A stretch of DNA of 64,000 nt from Podarcis melisellensis (taxonomy: Eukaryota). The position numbers and the translations under genes are program-made. Below the pieces are notes generated by a model, which saw only the letters and a list, made by a program, of their open reading frames with translations, was not told the DNA's origin and made no database searches. Location of the stretch: assembly GCA_964234715.1 (NCBI GenBank), contig OZ174282.1. One strand, given 5' to 3'. This document shows, in pieces, positions 12,701-29,050 of this stretch; positions within the stretch are counted from its first letter, which is position 1, and each line of letters opens with the position of its first letter.

Positions 12701-15700
12701 TCCTTGTTTTTAGGTCCAGGCAACACTTCCCTTTATAAAGTAGGTACGACGCTGGGTGCTTCCGGAAGGTGAGATGAATTTAGTGTATGTGTGATGTAGG
12801 GAAGCTATAGCATGCTATTCAGATTTCTGTATAATGTGAAACATTTTTCACTATCACTTTGAAAGTGACTTCACAGATTGCCCCTTCATTCTTTGTGTGG
12901 AATAAATTTGGTATTGCTGGCATTATGTCATCCTGTTCTGAGCATGTTTAGATGGCCCAATGATAAACTCAAAAGACATTCAAAGGTGGCATTTTACTTT
13001 GTACAGGTGCTTTATTTCAGTGGAGAGAATTAACACAGAAAATGTTTAGTTGCCTTTGAAAGTCAACACATCATTTACAGTTCTGATGTAAGATTTCCCA
13101 TGTATATTCTTCCATGGAAACAAATTCCTCAAAACACTTATGAGGATATAAATGCTAACTTAGAACTGGCCTATGAAAAGCAGCTAAAACTCATCCCTAC
13201 GTTTCTATTCAAGAGGCTCATGTTGAAGTAAATATGCCGGATGGTTACTGCATCTACATAATCCTCACTTCTGCTCCCTTTTCTCGGTTATGCCTGTTGG
13301 CACTGTCAGATCAGTAATTCCTTAACCTAAGCAGCTGGAGTAACTGTGGCCTTACATTTGCCAGCCCTCTGACTTTTCATTGTTATGCTGGCTCTTCAGA
13401 AAGATGGCAAACTGCATCATGGATAAAGGGACATGCTCTAGGATGAAATGAGAATGTACAGCATTCTTGTTCTTAGTTTGATGCCTAGAATAGTTTCTCC
13501 TTCTATGTTTGCAGACCTATCTGTGGCGTAGCTGGTATCCAGTCTTCACAGAACAGTCTCCAGCATCATGTGCAGCATCCGGCTGCTACACCTGTTGCAC
13601 TCCCCCACTGCACTCATACAGGTGGGGCTGCATCCTCACTCACTTGCCGCTCCCAGTTGGAGAACTCTTCATCGGTATTGACTCCCAGTCCTCAAACTCC
13701 CCAGGAACAAAATGGGATTTTAGACTGGCTGCGGAAACTACGCTTGCACAAGTACTACCCTGTTTTCAAACAGCTCTCAATGGAGAAGGTAGAGTCCCGG
13801 CTTGGCTAGGGGGAAACAGTTTGCTGTGTTTGTTTTGCTATATTAATCTGTGATACAAAGAGAGAATGCAAATTTTGGGAAAGGCTTAAGACTGATTAGA
13901 AATGCAGATATGGCTTCTTCAGCTATTTCGCTTTCTGGCAAAAGTCTTCATCTAGTGGCTTATTTGGAAGTTTCTTTGTGAAATATTTACCCTCTAACAA
14001 AAGCTGTAGCGCATAGATCAAACATCCCTCTATGATGACTTTTTTCTCTGGATGCATGAGTATTTGTTCCTAGAAAGCAAAATTCCTCATGTGATCTGAG
14101 AAAGAGCGGAGATGCTGTGCCTTGCTCAAATGAATGTCACTCTTTTTAACAGTTTTATTCACAACTCTGTTCAGATATGTTGTAAGCTAATCACGTTACT
14201 CTTGGGGTGTTTTTTTTAATTAAATATATATATATATATCAGAGTGCCCTCTAGTGGATTCTTTGCTATATTTTTTTGCTCTTAAATCTAAAGCTCTAAT
14301 TTGTTTTCAAATACATCATATCGTTAATCTGTGTACAGTGCTTAGCACATCTTAGGCACTTTATAAAAGATACATAATGAAATATAAATTGAATTTAATA
14401 ACAGAATGGGGTATTGTTGTGGTATCTCTCTCTGCTTTTATTAGAATAACTATCAATATATCAAGCCTGAAAATAAAGTCTGGGTTGGATGTTCTGAATC
14501 TGACAAGTACCTTTAGTCTGCAAGTTGACAAATAACTACTGAATAATTTTACATAAAATTGGATGCTGAGACAACCTCAGTTGAGTAGCTTGACAAAATA
14601 ACAGAAATGATCAAGGGCATGCATCAGTAGCAACAGCTCAACAAAACAAATTTAAAAGCTGATTTTGCATGGAAGCCACAGTGTCCCCAAATCTGTTGCT
14701 CATCTCTATACTAGGATGCTGTTAAACACTTGTTTGTCCCTAGAGCCTTAGCTACTGTGATAACACCTCATGAAACTAATGAATATATCTAATCTATTTT
14801 GCTTTAAAACTAAGCAAAATAAGTAAATTAGCTATATTCACTAGTTTCATAATGAAGCTTCTGTCAAGTATGCCATATTAGACAGCATTTTTAAATGCAT
14901 ACTATAAAATTGACTTTCCCTTTTTTCCTATCTAAGTTCCTGAGCCTTACTGAAGAAGATCTGAATAAATTTGAATCCCTTACAATGGGTGCAAAGAAGA
15001 AGCTCAAGACCCAGCTGGAGTTGGAAAAGTAGGTATTAAAGAAAGCTGGCTTCTTCCATGTTATTTCAGGATCTTTTCCTCCTAATTTTTCCAGTAAAAT
15101 GCTTGCCATGGACTTTGCCTAAGGAAAACCCAGAGGTAGGACTGGGTTAATTCAGCACTAGTTGAATCAAAACTTTGTTGCATTTATACCCCATGCATGT
15201 GTCTAGAACAATAAATCTAAAAATACCAGTAGGTTATATGCAGCTAATTTTTACTCAAGGGAGACCCATTGAAATTAATAGAATAGAACCTCTTTAGTAG
15301 GCTTACTCTAAGTTAGTTGGATACCACACATACTTTAAATTAGAGAACCAATTCAGATTTAAATCCAAGTTTATTTTAATAAATTGCTTCCCAAACTTCC
15401 CTTTTCATTCCAGGGAAAAGTCTGAGAAACGGACCCTCAATCCAGCTACATCTCCTTCCTTGAGCACTGGGGTGGCCAGAGTTCCTCCTACCACTCATAT
15501 TGGTCCTATCCAAAGCATTCGTGGTAACCATACAGCAGGTAAACAGGCTATGAGGTTTGAATATGTATATTTCCTACACAGGGGAGATTGGTGCTTGTCT
15601 AATTCTTGTAACATACTGGATAGCAATCTAGTTCAGGATAGTCATACTTAGAAGAGTAGACCCATTAAATTAATAGACTCAAGTTAATTACTTTCCATGG

Positions 15701-18072
15701 ATCTATTTTTGAGCCTGGCTAACAATGGCTATCAGCCAAATGTACTTGGGAGTCGCAACAGATTTTGTCTAAAGATGACTTAACAGTACCATTCACATTA
15801 CTTGATTTTTCTTCTTCTCTTCCCCGCCCCCACAAGAGTTACGTGTCGATGTTGATCAGCCAGCCCTCTCAACCCCCCGCGAAGGAAGCTCTTCAGAATA
15901 CTCCAGCTCCTCTTCTAGCCCCATGGGAATCCATACCCGGGAGGAGAGCTCAGACAGTGCTGAGGAGAATGAGAGACGTAAGGAAAGCTGTCTCGTTGTG
16001 TTGCAGCATCTAACACATTTAGGTGACTGGTCGTACCTGACATCTGTCTATCTTGTAGGTTTAGAGGTCCACTTGGAAGCCTCAGAAAAGGAGAAGCCAG
16101 TAATGTTATTGAATCACTTCAACTCCAGCTCAGCCAGGCCCACTGCTCAGGTTTTACCAGTGCAGAATGATGCCGTGTCCAGTCCATCCGGTCACCACAC
16201 CTTGCCAGTACAGATGATAGCTGCGGGCTCCCCTCACATCACTCCAATTAGAATACTGAACTCTATGCACAAATCAGAGCGAGGGAATACAGACATGAAG
16301 CTCCTTTCGTCATCTATGCACTCGCTTTTGTCTTTAGAAGACAGGACAAAATTCTCACCTGGAACACCTCGAAGTGGCATCAAGATGGAGAAGAGCTTTG
16401 GAAGTACTGTTGTGGATGGGATGCCAGCCTCTCCCCATCAGCCCATGCAAGTGCTCTCTGGAGTTCCTGAAAATGGTTCCTCTACACCTTCAATTAACTT
16501 TGGTCCAAGGACCAAAATGGTACATGCTTCCACTCTAGACAGAGTGGTGAAAACAACCCAGCAGCCGGGAATAATAGTGGAAACAAGCACCACAGCCACT
16601 GTAACTTCCAGCACCGTCTTCCATGTGGCACGACCCCCCATAAAACTCCTGGTATCCTCTTCGGTTCCTACTGATTCAACCATGGTGGGGCAGTCTTCCT
16701 GCTCCAGTAATATGCAATTCAGTGTGTCCCCAGCAATAATAAACCCCCGGACTGCTCTCTATACAGCCAATACCAAAGTGGCCTTTTCTGCCCTGAGCAG
16801 TATGCCAGTAGCCCCAATGCCCAGCAGCAGCTTCTGTGCAAATAGCAACACTGCCTCTTCTAGCAGTCACCCCTCCACATCCTTTGCAAATATGGCAAAC
16901 CTACCCAGTTGTCCTGCTCCCAGCTCCAGCCCCACACTTTCATCAGCTGCCGAGAACAATTTCTACAACAGCAGTAGTAGTGGCTCAGGAGGAAGTATCC
17001 CAGTACCAAATCAGAATCACCACCATCACCACCACCATCAGCAGCAGCCTCCTGGATGCATGGTGTGCAGTTCCTGTGGCTGTAGTGGGAACTGTGGTTC
17101 AAGCGGCATGACTGTCAGTTATGGTAATTACTTCCAGCACCCCTTTTCCGGACCGTCAGTGTTTACTTTCCCATTTCTGCCCTTCAATCCACTGTGCAGC
17201 AGTGGCTACATCAACACACAGCAGTACAACAGCAGCTCGGCCTTCCCTATGGTTCACTCTCCTTACAACAGTGGCATAACACCAGACTCTGTCATGAGTG
17301 GGCAGTCTACGTTTGCAGTGCCACCAATGCAAAGCTTTATGGCAAGTACAGCAGGGGTGTACCAAGCACAGGGGATGATGAGCAACAACAGTGGTACAGG
17401 TCATAAAAAGAATGGGAATCTGTCCTGTTACAATTGTGGAGCCAGTGGTCACCGAGCTCAAGACTGCAAGCAGCCACCAATGGATTTCAATCGACAAGGT
17501 TAGGAACATTATTGGCTTGCCAGAAGTGCAGTTGGTAGATTGCTCAGAATACAGGTTTGGCTGCTTGGGGAAAGGGGGTGGTAGATAAAGGAAAATCTGA
17601 AAATGGTCAGTAACTTAAAGTGATGGCAAGTCTGAGCACGTACAAGTGGAATCCACTGTAGGTCTCACACTTTGCCAATAGTTTGTACTCTTTGGATGAG
17701 CAGTAGCCCTCTGAAGCAAACCTGAGAGAACCAAAGTACAGGAGTGGTAAAATGTTGCTCTGCCATGAGCATGCAGAGCCCGGATAGTTTTGTGGGGCAA
17801 TAAGGGGTTGGTTTCTTGTAGTAGCAAGCTTTGAGATTGCTCACGCTCAAAACTGGTATCCATGGTGTCTTGCCTTATTTCACATCTACTGCTAATATGT
17901 TCATTCCTTATCTATGAACAGCATGGTGCTCAACTGTGTGATGTGTCATTGCTTGTGAAATGTAGACTTCACAAAAGTCTTACACTTGCTGACTTGTATT
18001 TCTCTTCTCCATGCAGGTACATTTCGGTTAAAATATGCTCCACCAGCTGAAAGTTTAGATTCCACAGATTGA
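6630..18072 (+). CDS. ZCCHC14: ZCCHC14 (SAM domain and CCHC zinc knuckle protein, TENT4 adaptor), 3' part; first exons lie upstream of the window
   Basis: 11 AG/GT-bounded exons join in frame: 6630-6703, 8797-8868, 9065-9174, 12523-12617, 12714-12768, 13515-13788, 14937-15028, 15414-15538, 15837-15977, 16059-17498, 18017-18072 (TGA). Peptides include SAM (ILDWLRKLRLHKYYPVFKQLSMEKFLSLTEEDL), the knuckle CYNCGASGHRAQDC and the C-terminus GTFRLKYAPPAESLDSTD, matching remembered vertebrate ZCCHC14. Confidence 0.96.
8797..8868 (+). CDS. ZCCHC14: ZCCHC14 coding exon (VLWSDSSVTLVTKSSAEVTEFISK)
   Basis: cccaaag|GTC...TCAAAG|gtaaaa; 72 nt. Confidence 0.92.
9065..9174 (+). CDS. ZCCHC14: ZCCHC14 coding exon (LGQMYPEEKLEKFIPCLAGPDSFYLERNHMDLESDLR)
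   Basis: ctcttag|TTA...CTTAG|gtatgc; 110 nt. Confidence 0.92.
11550..11903 (+). mobile_element. 5'-truncated BovB (RTE) LINE
   Basis: Encodes RVPWTARRSNLSI...LRFQYFGHLMRREDSLEKALMLGK; (caa)-type tail; about 24-bp TSD acccacctt(g)tgaaatgagctccct at 11525-11549 and 11904-11927. Confidence 0.9.
12523..12617 (+). CDS. ZCCHC14: ZCCHC14 coding exon (YLASLPSHIWKNDHVKKFFSTSSHSQQFQSS)
   Basis: tttttcag|GTAT...TTCAA|gtgagt; 95 nt. Confidence 0.92.
12714..12768 (+). CDS. ZCCHC14: ZCCHC14 coding exon (SPGNTSLYKVGTTLGASGR)
   Basis: ttttag|GTCCA...GGAAG|gtgaga; 55 nt. Confidence 0.9.
13515..13788 (+). CDS. ZCCHC14: ZCCHC14 coding exon, start of SAM domain
   Basis: tttgcag|ACCT...GAGAAG|gtagag; 274 nt; PICGVAGIQSSQ...GILDWLRKLRLHKYYPVFKQLSMEK. 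Confidence 0.94.
14937..15028 (+). CDS. ZCCHC14: ZCCHC14 coding exon, SAM domain (FLSLTEEDLNKFESLTMGAKKKLKTQLELEK)
   Basis: tctaag|TTC...GAAAA|gtaggt; 92 nt. Confidence 0.94.
15414..15538 (+). CDS. ZCCHC14: ZCCHC14 coding exon (EKSEKRTLNPATSPSLSTGVARVPPTTHIGPIQSIRGNHTA)
   Basis: ttccag|GGAA...GCAG|gtaaac; 125 nt. Confidence 0.92.
15837..15977 (+). CDS. ZCCHC14: ZCCHC14 coding exon (ELRVDVDQPALSTPREGSSSEYSSSSSSPMGIHTREESSDSAEENER)
   Basis: cacaag|AGTTA...GAGAC|gtaagg; 141 nt. Confidence 0.92.
16059..17498 (+). CDS. ZCCHC14: ZCCHC14 large coding exon: Ser/Pro-rich region, His7 tract, Cys-rich motif, CCHC knuckle
   Basis: cttgtag|GTTTA...CAAG|gttagg; 1440 nt; lies within the 526-aa ORF of the track. 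Confidence 0.95.
18017..18072 (+). CDS. ZCCHC14: ZCCHC14 terminal coding exon (GTFRLKYAPPAESLDSTD*)
   Basis: atgcag|GTACA...GAT TGA. Confidence 0.93.
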
Positions 18073-21000
18073 CAGTAACTCCATGGACTTCATTTTTTGT
18101 GTTGGCAAAAGCCCATGGAGTAATTACAGAATTTCAAATTGGAATCTGAGAAGTCCACTTGTTGAGCTTATTAACATTATTTTTTTAATCCAAAGGTGCT
18201 CTACTTCACTACACTAGGAAGAAACTGAAGCTTAGGGGTTTATCAAACCCATTTTTACTGATTTGCCAAAATTATAACATGGATCTTAAATGTTGGACCT
18301 TCCAGATGGGAGGTGAAACTGGCCAACTACCCTTTTTTGTTGTAAACAAACTCCTGCACTTTTGCTGAAGAATGTTGCCATACTTTGATCTTCTGTGCTG
18401 GAAACTCGAACTCCCGGGCAGCTATGTTGTAATCTGGAGTGAGAGCTAGAGGTTGACGGTACAGTAGCCATTTGCCTGCTGGACTCTGACATTTGAGGCT
18501 AGGTAAACATGTCTACTTTTTCTCAAAAACTAATCAGGCACTACACTCTGGGATTTTAAAGGATTGCACTACAGAAGAATGTATAACTCTATCTGCACTT
18601 TTAGCAGACTGAGATCAGTGCGAGAGACGTTCCAATGGTTGGAAATAGGCACCAGCAGGCTATGTGAACTTCTAATAAAGAAATCTTAACCCTCCCTCTC
18701 TTCCAAAAGAACAAAGGTAGACGTTTCAGTTCATTCTAGAAATGGTTATGCTATGCTTGTCGGCATTTATTTGTCAGTCATGGATTAAACTTACGTTTCC
18801 AAGGGTCTAGTGCCAGAGACTGAGCTCAAAACAGGTCTTTAAAAAAATACTTTTCCTCTACAACTTTCAAATCTTACCATATATTAGTTTCTGCCACAGG
18901 AAACAGTACTCTACCTTTGAAACCGAGTTTTAAAACACAGACTCCTGCAGCAGAGTTTGCAAATTGTTGCTTTACTTTGCATAGCAAAAGTCTTTCTACA
19001 AGGGCTCTTGCTTACAGGATATAGAAGTCACAAAGTAAGAAACAGCTGTACATCTTAACCACAACTCGGGTTTGTAGTCTGCCTCCTTTATTTGAAATAT
19101 GTAGAGTATTGGCTTTGATGTTAACTAGTTAGAATTCTTTTCCACTAAAGCCAGCAAAGCTCAGAACTGAAACATTGTAGACCTACCTGGTCAAAAGGAG
19201 GCATACCTTTTTGTATTCATGCTGAATTGGTTGTAGCTACTGTATCTTCTTTCATTGATAGGGCTGAAGTTTAAACTGCCCCACATTTTAGTAGCTGTGC
19301 ACAATATGTTACTATGGAGGTGGCAAATGAGTATTTCTGCTTGAAAGTATTGTATGGTTGAAGGTGCAGGGAGGTGGGGTTGGCTGTTTCACTGCACTGC
19401 ATATCCATGAGGTAGTAAAACAGTGGGTCTTGTGGAAATAATGGTAGGATTGACAGAAAACCAGGTACTCCACTATTGTTTTCTATATCATCAGAGATAA
19501 GCTCTATTATCCTTACCTGTTGCCTTTAAAAACAAACTGGTGTATTCTCTTGGGTGTAGGCATTCAATGGGTTTTGCATATTCAACTCTGGGAGAAGCTT
19601 AGCATGAGCTTCCTGCCATTTCTCAGCTTCATAGAGACCAAGTCCAAAGTTGTAAAAACACATGGTTTGTAGCAGCCCTGCATACAACTTCAGTTATTTC
19701 TATGCAATGAAGTGCTAGACTTTCATATCCTAAGTTTGGCTTTACCAAAACAGTATTACATATAGGGTTAGATCCAGCCCACAATATTTAATTATGCGTG
19801 TAATGACTGAACTTCTGAGACGGCTAATAGAGGTGGATACCATTAGGAAACTTGTAAAACTACCAGAGGTAATGAGAACTGACAGAGCAATTTACTTTGC
19901 CTTAATGACCCTGATTGACATCAGCAGAAACATGCCACTCTGTACTAAATCTGTCAGTTATTGTTTACTCTTAAAAGTTGGGAGCCTTTCCATTGGCCCA
20001 AAATGTGCCAAAAGCCAAATGTATCAGTTCTTAAACAGAAATAACCCAACACCATACAAACTTTCCAGGATCAACAGAAAGCCTTTATCAGGCATTTAAA
20101 TTGGAAAGTTTCTAGAAACATGCCCCCATGAGCGGTATGATGTTCAGAAATATAGTTTCCATTCATATAAAAAGAGAGCTGTCTCAGCTAGCTGTTGGGC
20201 TGTCAAACAAAACTTTTTAACTAGTGGACAAGTGGAATTACCAGGGGAAAGCTTTGGAGAGCCAATTGCCTTGTTCGTTTCTAAAGGTAAACTGAGACAT
20301 ACAAAGGCAAGCCTACATAGTGACTTAATTTTATTAAAGCTGTTCTCTACTATTTCATCCACAAAGTGGCTGCCAATGTTTCATACAGGCAAAGGACTTT
20401 GAAGCAAGACTCAAGTGGAAGAGGAATGGACACTAGCTGCATAGATCATAGTTTGGCTGAAACTTTACACCAGAGAATGTAACTTGCGTCATGAAGAGAG
20501 CATAAAACAGAACCATCAAAAGCCCTTGTCTGTATGAAACAAACTATGTACTAAAAACTGGCATGGCAAACTGCTGGAGAATTGCTATTTGCATATAACT
20601 AAGGTTTCAACTCGGCATGACTTAGTTAATGGGAAATTTCTCGAGCAGTATGGGGGTCCGTGCCTGAACAAAGAAGGGTCTTTCTTAATTATGTCAAACC
20701 CTTTTTTACATGCCAGCCTAGAATTCTGTTAGAGACACCCAAATGTAAGCCACCCCAAGTAAAAGACAAGTTATTCAATGGGTACAATACCATTTTATGG
20801 GAAAAGCCCTAAACTGAGGCCAACTTAATTATTTTAAGGTGGGAGGGAAGGGTGGGTATTTTGTTTTGCTTCTGAACAGACACTTATAACCCTCTTAAGC
20901 TGCTTTACTTAGATATGGCCAAAGGCAGAATTAAAATAGTAATTCAGAAAGCAACAAATATTCAAACAATTTTTACTCTTCCAACTACCTTTGGAACTAT

Positions 21001-21336
21001 TTCTGCATACTAACTTCTTATAAACATAGGAAGAGCCTATGTCTTGCAGCACAGGTTAACATCTTTCTTTCCAGAAATAACTTTCCATTAGGAATGAAGG
21101 AAACACCTCTGCCCATTTCGAGCCATTTCTTTTACATTATATTACAAATGTGCATGTAACTTTATATAAATATTAAAAGTTTTGTAAATATTTAATATCC
21201 ACCTAATTTGATTTTGAATTGTAAATGTCAAGTATTCTGGTATTTGAATTTTTATGTTTTATTATACTTTGTTAAAGGTAAAATTGTACATTTTTAGAAT
21301 GTTTTTATCTGAGTAAATTTAATGTACTGAACAAAA

Positions 21337-21342
21337 ATTAAA
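21337..21342 (+). terminator. Probable ZCCHC14 polyadenylation signal (ATTAAA), giving a 3' UTR of about 3.3 kb
   Basis: ATTAAA ends an AU-rich block (21130-21345) containing TGTAAATA; GT/T-rich sequence follows. Confidence 0.55.
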
Positions 21343-23049
21343 GACTATAGTAGTGTCTTTTCAGACATCCTCACTTTTAATATTTTTTTTCCATTTTCAG
21401 TGGAAGGCTAAAGAAAACTTACTGCAAGCGCAGCAGGTTCAACCAAAGGCTAACATAAACATGCATTGTCTCAAATGTGGCAGCTGTAGACAGGTACTGC
21501 AGAGCTATCCAACAGCATTGTCCATTTTAGGTAGGTGCTCTGAAGGGTACAGAAAAGCCACACTGCAGCCTGGGATATCAGTTTCTTCCGTCAGGAGCTT
21601 TTCCATGTTCTCATACAGGTTCTTAATTCTCAGTCTCATTTGAAATCCAGTATCTTGCCCACACTCAGAAAGCAGGCAGTGTTGTTTTTCATAGCTCAAG
21701 CATCTTCACAAGTGTCATTAGTATGGCCACAGAATCTCCTACTATTGTGACAATGTTCTATTCTGCAACAGTAAAGGAATCTGAGCCAAAGTTGTGGGAG
21801 GCTGAAGGCTTTTGTTCAATTCTGTCTACTGCTCTTCATATACAGCATTAAGATCGTTTTAAAATGGACCTGTATATAAGCTTAACTTCTAATCAAGTTG
21901 AGATGGAATCATCCATTTCAGCACTTTTAAAAACAAAAGAAAAATCAACATTTATACAAGAGCAGCCATTAGCCCATTGTAAGGATGGCTGTCTTATGAA
22001 GAAATAGTAACTGAACAGAAGAGTTTAAAATTTTACAGTGAAGTAAAAGCTCACAGTGAACTTGTTAGAAGCAAGCATTGAACAGATGCATGCAAAGGTA
22101 GAAACTGCATGTCATATTGATATTTTACAGCATGTCAAGATTTAGCCTCTTTTCTCCACATAATAAAAATTTGTTTGCTATAACATATAATTAAATTCAC
22201 ATGCATTAATATACAAGGATAAGTCTTAGCTTACTACATTTCACTGTATAACAAATGGGGAAGCAGGACACTATCTGAATTACTTTCCTTTTGCACAGGA
22301 CATACCCTGTTTACAGCAAAATTTAAGTCCCTATGCAACTGACTGGAAGCAGTGATCAAACTTCTTTGCAACTTTAGATATTGCCCAGTCTAAAACAAAG
22401 GGAAATTCTTTTTGAGTTTTGATAGTTTGAATGCAGCTAAAGGAAACAAGGGCTTTCTGCCAATGAGGAAATACAAAAATGTTCTTCATGTATTCCAATG
22501 AAAATCAAGAACTTGGGTAGTGAGGTTAATATGCTAGATATAAAGAAACATCAACAGCTGTGAGGCTTGCCAATGTTTACTGTATTACTTTGGCAATTGG
22601 CTAACCTCAAAACCCTGCTACCTCCCAATGCTTTCTGACTGACAAAATGAAGTCCTCTTTGCTGAGGGTTTGGGTTGATTTAATTAGAATAAAATTAACA
22701 AGGTGTAGAACAGAATACCAAACTGGGTAGACTGAAGCTTTTCTTTGACAACAGTTATGTATATATTTCCTAAAACTAGCATAAAGCTATGATGTTTGGT
22801 ATATAACAATAATTAGCAATCTGATGTTTTGCCTTCTAAAGTAACAGTACCAATGAATTAATGCCTACCCCTTTCATTACATGCACTGATCTATCAAAAA
22901 AAGTTAAAAGAAGCAGACCATTACTCCTATTTGTTCCCTTTCTTAAAATGCAGTTTTCAGGAGCTGAAACAGGACTTAACGTTATGAAATGTCACACGCA
23001 AATATTTCAGTTTGCTGCTAAATTTTCTATGATTAATGCAAACATCCCT

Positions 23050-23055
23050 TTTATT
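23050..23055 (-). terminator. Candidate proximal MAP1LC3B polyadenylation signal (AATAAA)
   Basis: TTTATT on + is AATAAA on -, about 275 nt past the stop codon. Confidence 0.5.
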
Positions 23056-23328
23056 GGCAACTTAACACACACACACACACACATACAGTATAGTTTAAAA
23101 TTCCAGAGGCTTAAAGCAAATGTGCCTGTGCAAATTTTATAGCAGGTCTACAAAGCTGCACTGCTTGTCTATACTGGCACTCATCTGTTCAATATTCACA
23201 AATAAAACAGTACGGTGAGAACACCCGCTAAGCACAACTACTGTGAGCAGGTTGGTGACATCCCTTTGTTTTTTCCTGTGGGAGGGAGGGGTAAAAACTA
23301 TCCTAGGCTACAAGCCACTGGGGATGGT

Positions 23329-28134
<4,806 letters not shown>

Positions 28135-28774
28135 CGCGGCGACTGGCTCCTCCTCCACCTCCTTCGACTCTCTCCCCTCTCAGCGGCGCGGACCATCCAC
28201 ACCAAAACCCTCGTCCGCGATCAGCTGACCAACGAAGCCCCGCCTCTCCCGAGCTGATTGCGTCACAGTGAGGGAGGGACAGGCGGACGAAGGAAGGAAA
28301 AGCGAGAGGCCGGGCATTCGTAGGCTTCGCCGCGCGGTAGTGCGCGTGCGTAGCGACGGAAGCCCGACGCCTCAAGCAAGGAAGAGGAGAGGAGAAGGAG
28401 GGGAGTCGACGTTAGTGACGCGAGCGCGCCTGCGCAGGCGAAACGAGCCGCGGGCGGGGGACTCAGAAGCTGAGCCTGCCGCAGGGCGGCGCCAAAACAG
28501 TGACTTCATCGCGCACAAACGCAGCCCCGCCCATCGCCATGGTTACCATGTCACCCTCCCCGGAGGAAGAGAAGGCCTCTGGTTTGGTTTTGCCGCAATT
28601 TCCATATTAAAGAAAGAAGTTCCCCTTATCAAGCACCTGGGGCGGGATCTGATCTCACAGATAAAGATCTGGAGCGCATCAAGTAATACTAGATAGCGGG
28701 GGGGGGGTATTCTGAATATATGCAAAACACTTTCCTCCCCGTCTCCAATGTGCAATTGAAAGCTCACAAACAGG

Positions 28775-29050
28775 ACCTGATAGCACTGCCCTCTCCTATG
28801 TTATTTCTCTGTAACTGGTATTCAGATGCATGCCGCCTCTAATCCTGGGGGCATCATGGATATCCTTCCCTTAATTTGCCTAATCTCTTTTCAAAACCAT
28901 CTATCTGAGGCCATTACCACATTTTATGGGCACAAATGCCATTGTTTATGTGTTGTGTTCTGTTGTGTGAAGAAATAGTTCCTTTTGTTTGCTCTAAATC
29001 TCCCACCATTCAGCTTTATTGGATGATTCCAGGTTCTAGTATTATAGGGG
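28775..29050 (-). mobile_element. Old CR1 LINE 3' fragment
   Basis: tgtgtgaagaaatagttccttttg...ttcagctttattggatgattccaggttctagt resembles a reverse-strand CR1 ORF2 end (from memory). Confidence 0.5.

Noticed and set aside
15923-17503. 526-aa single-exon gene
   Set aside because: It is two ZCCHC14 exons plus an 81-nt in-frame intron, not a separate gene
18073-21340. CNGGN pentaloop (SAM-binding element) for ZCCHC14 autoregulation
   Set aside because: None found by eye; a hairpin near 18292-18337 has the wrong loop. A systematic fold and motif search would be needed to exclude it
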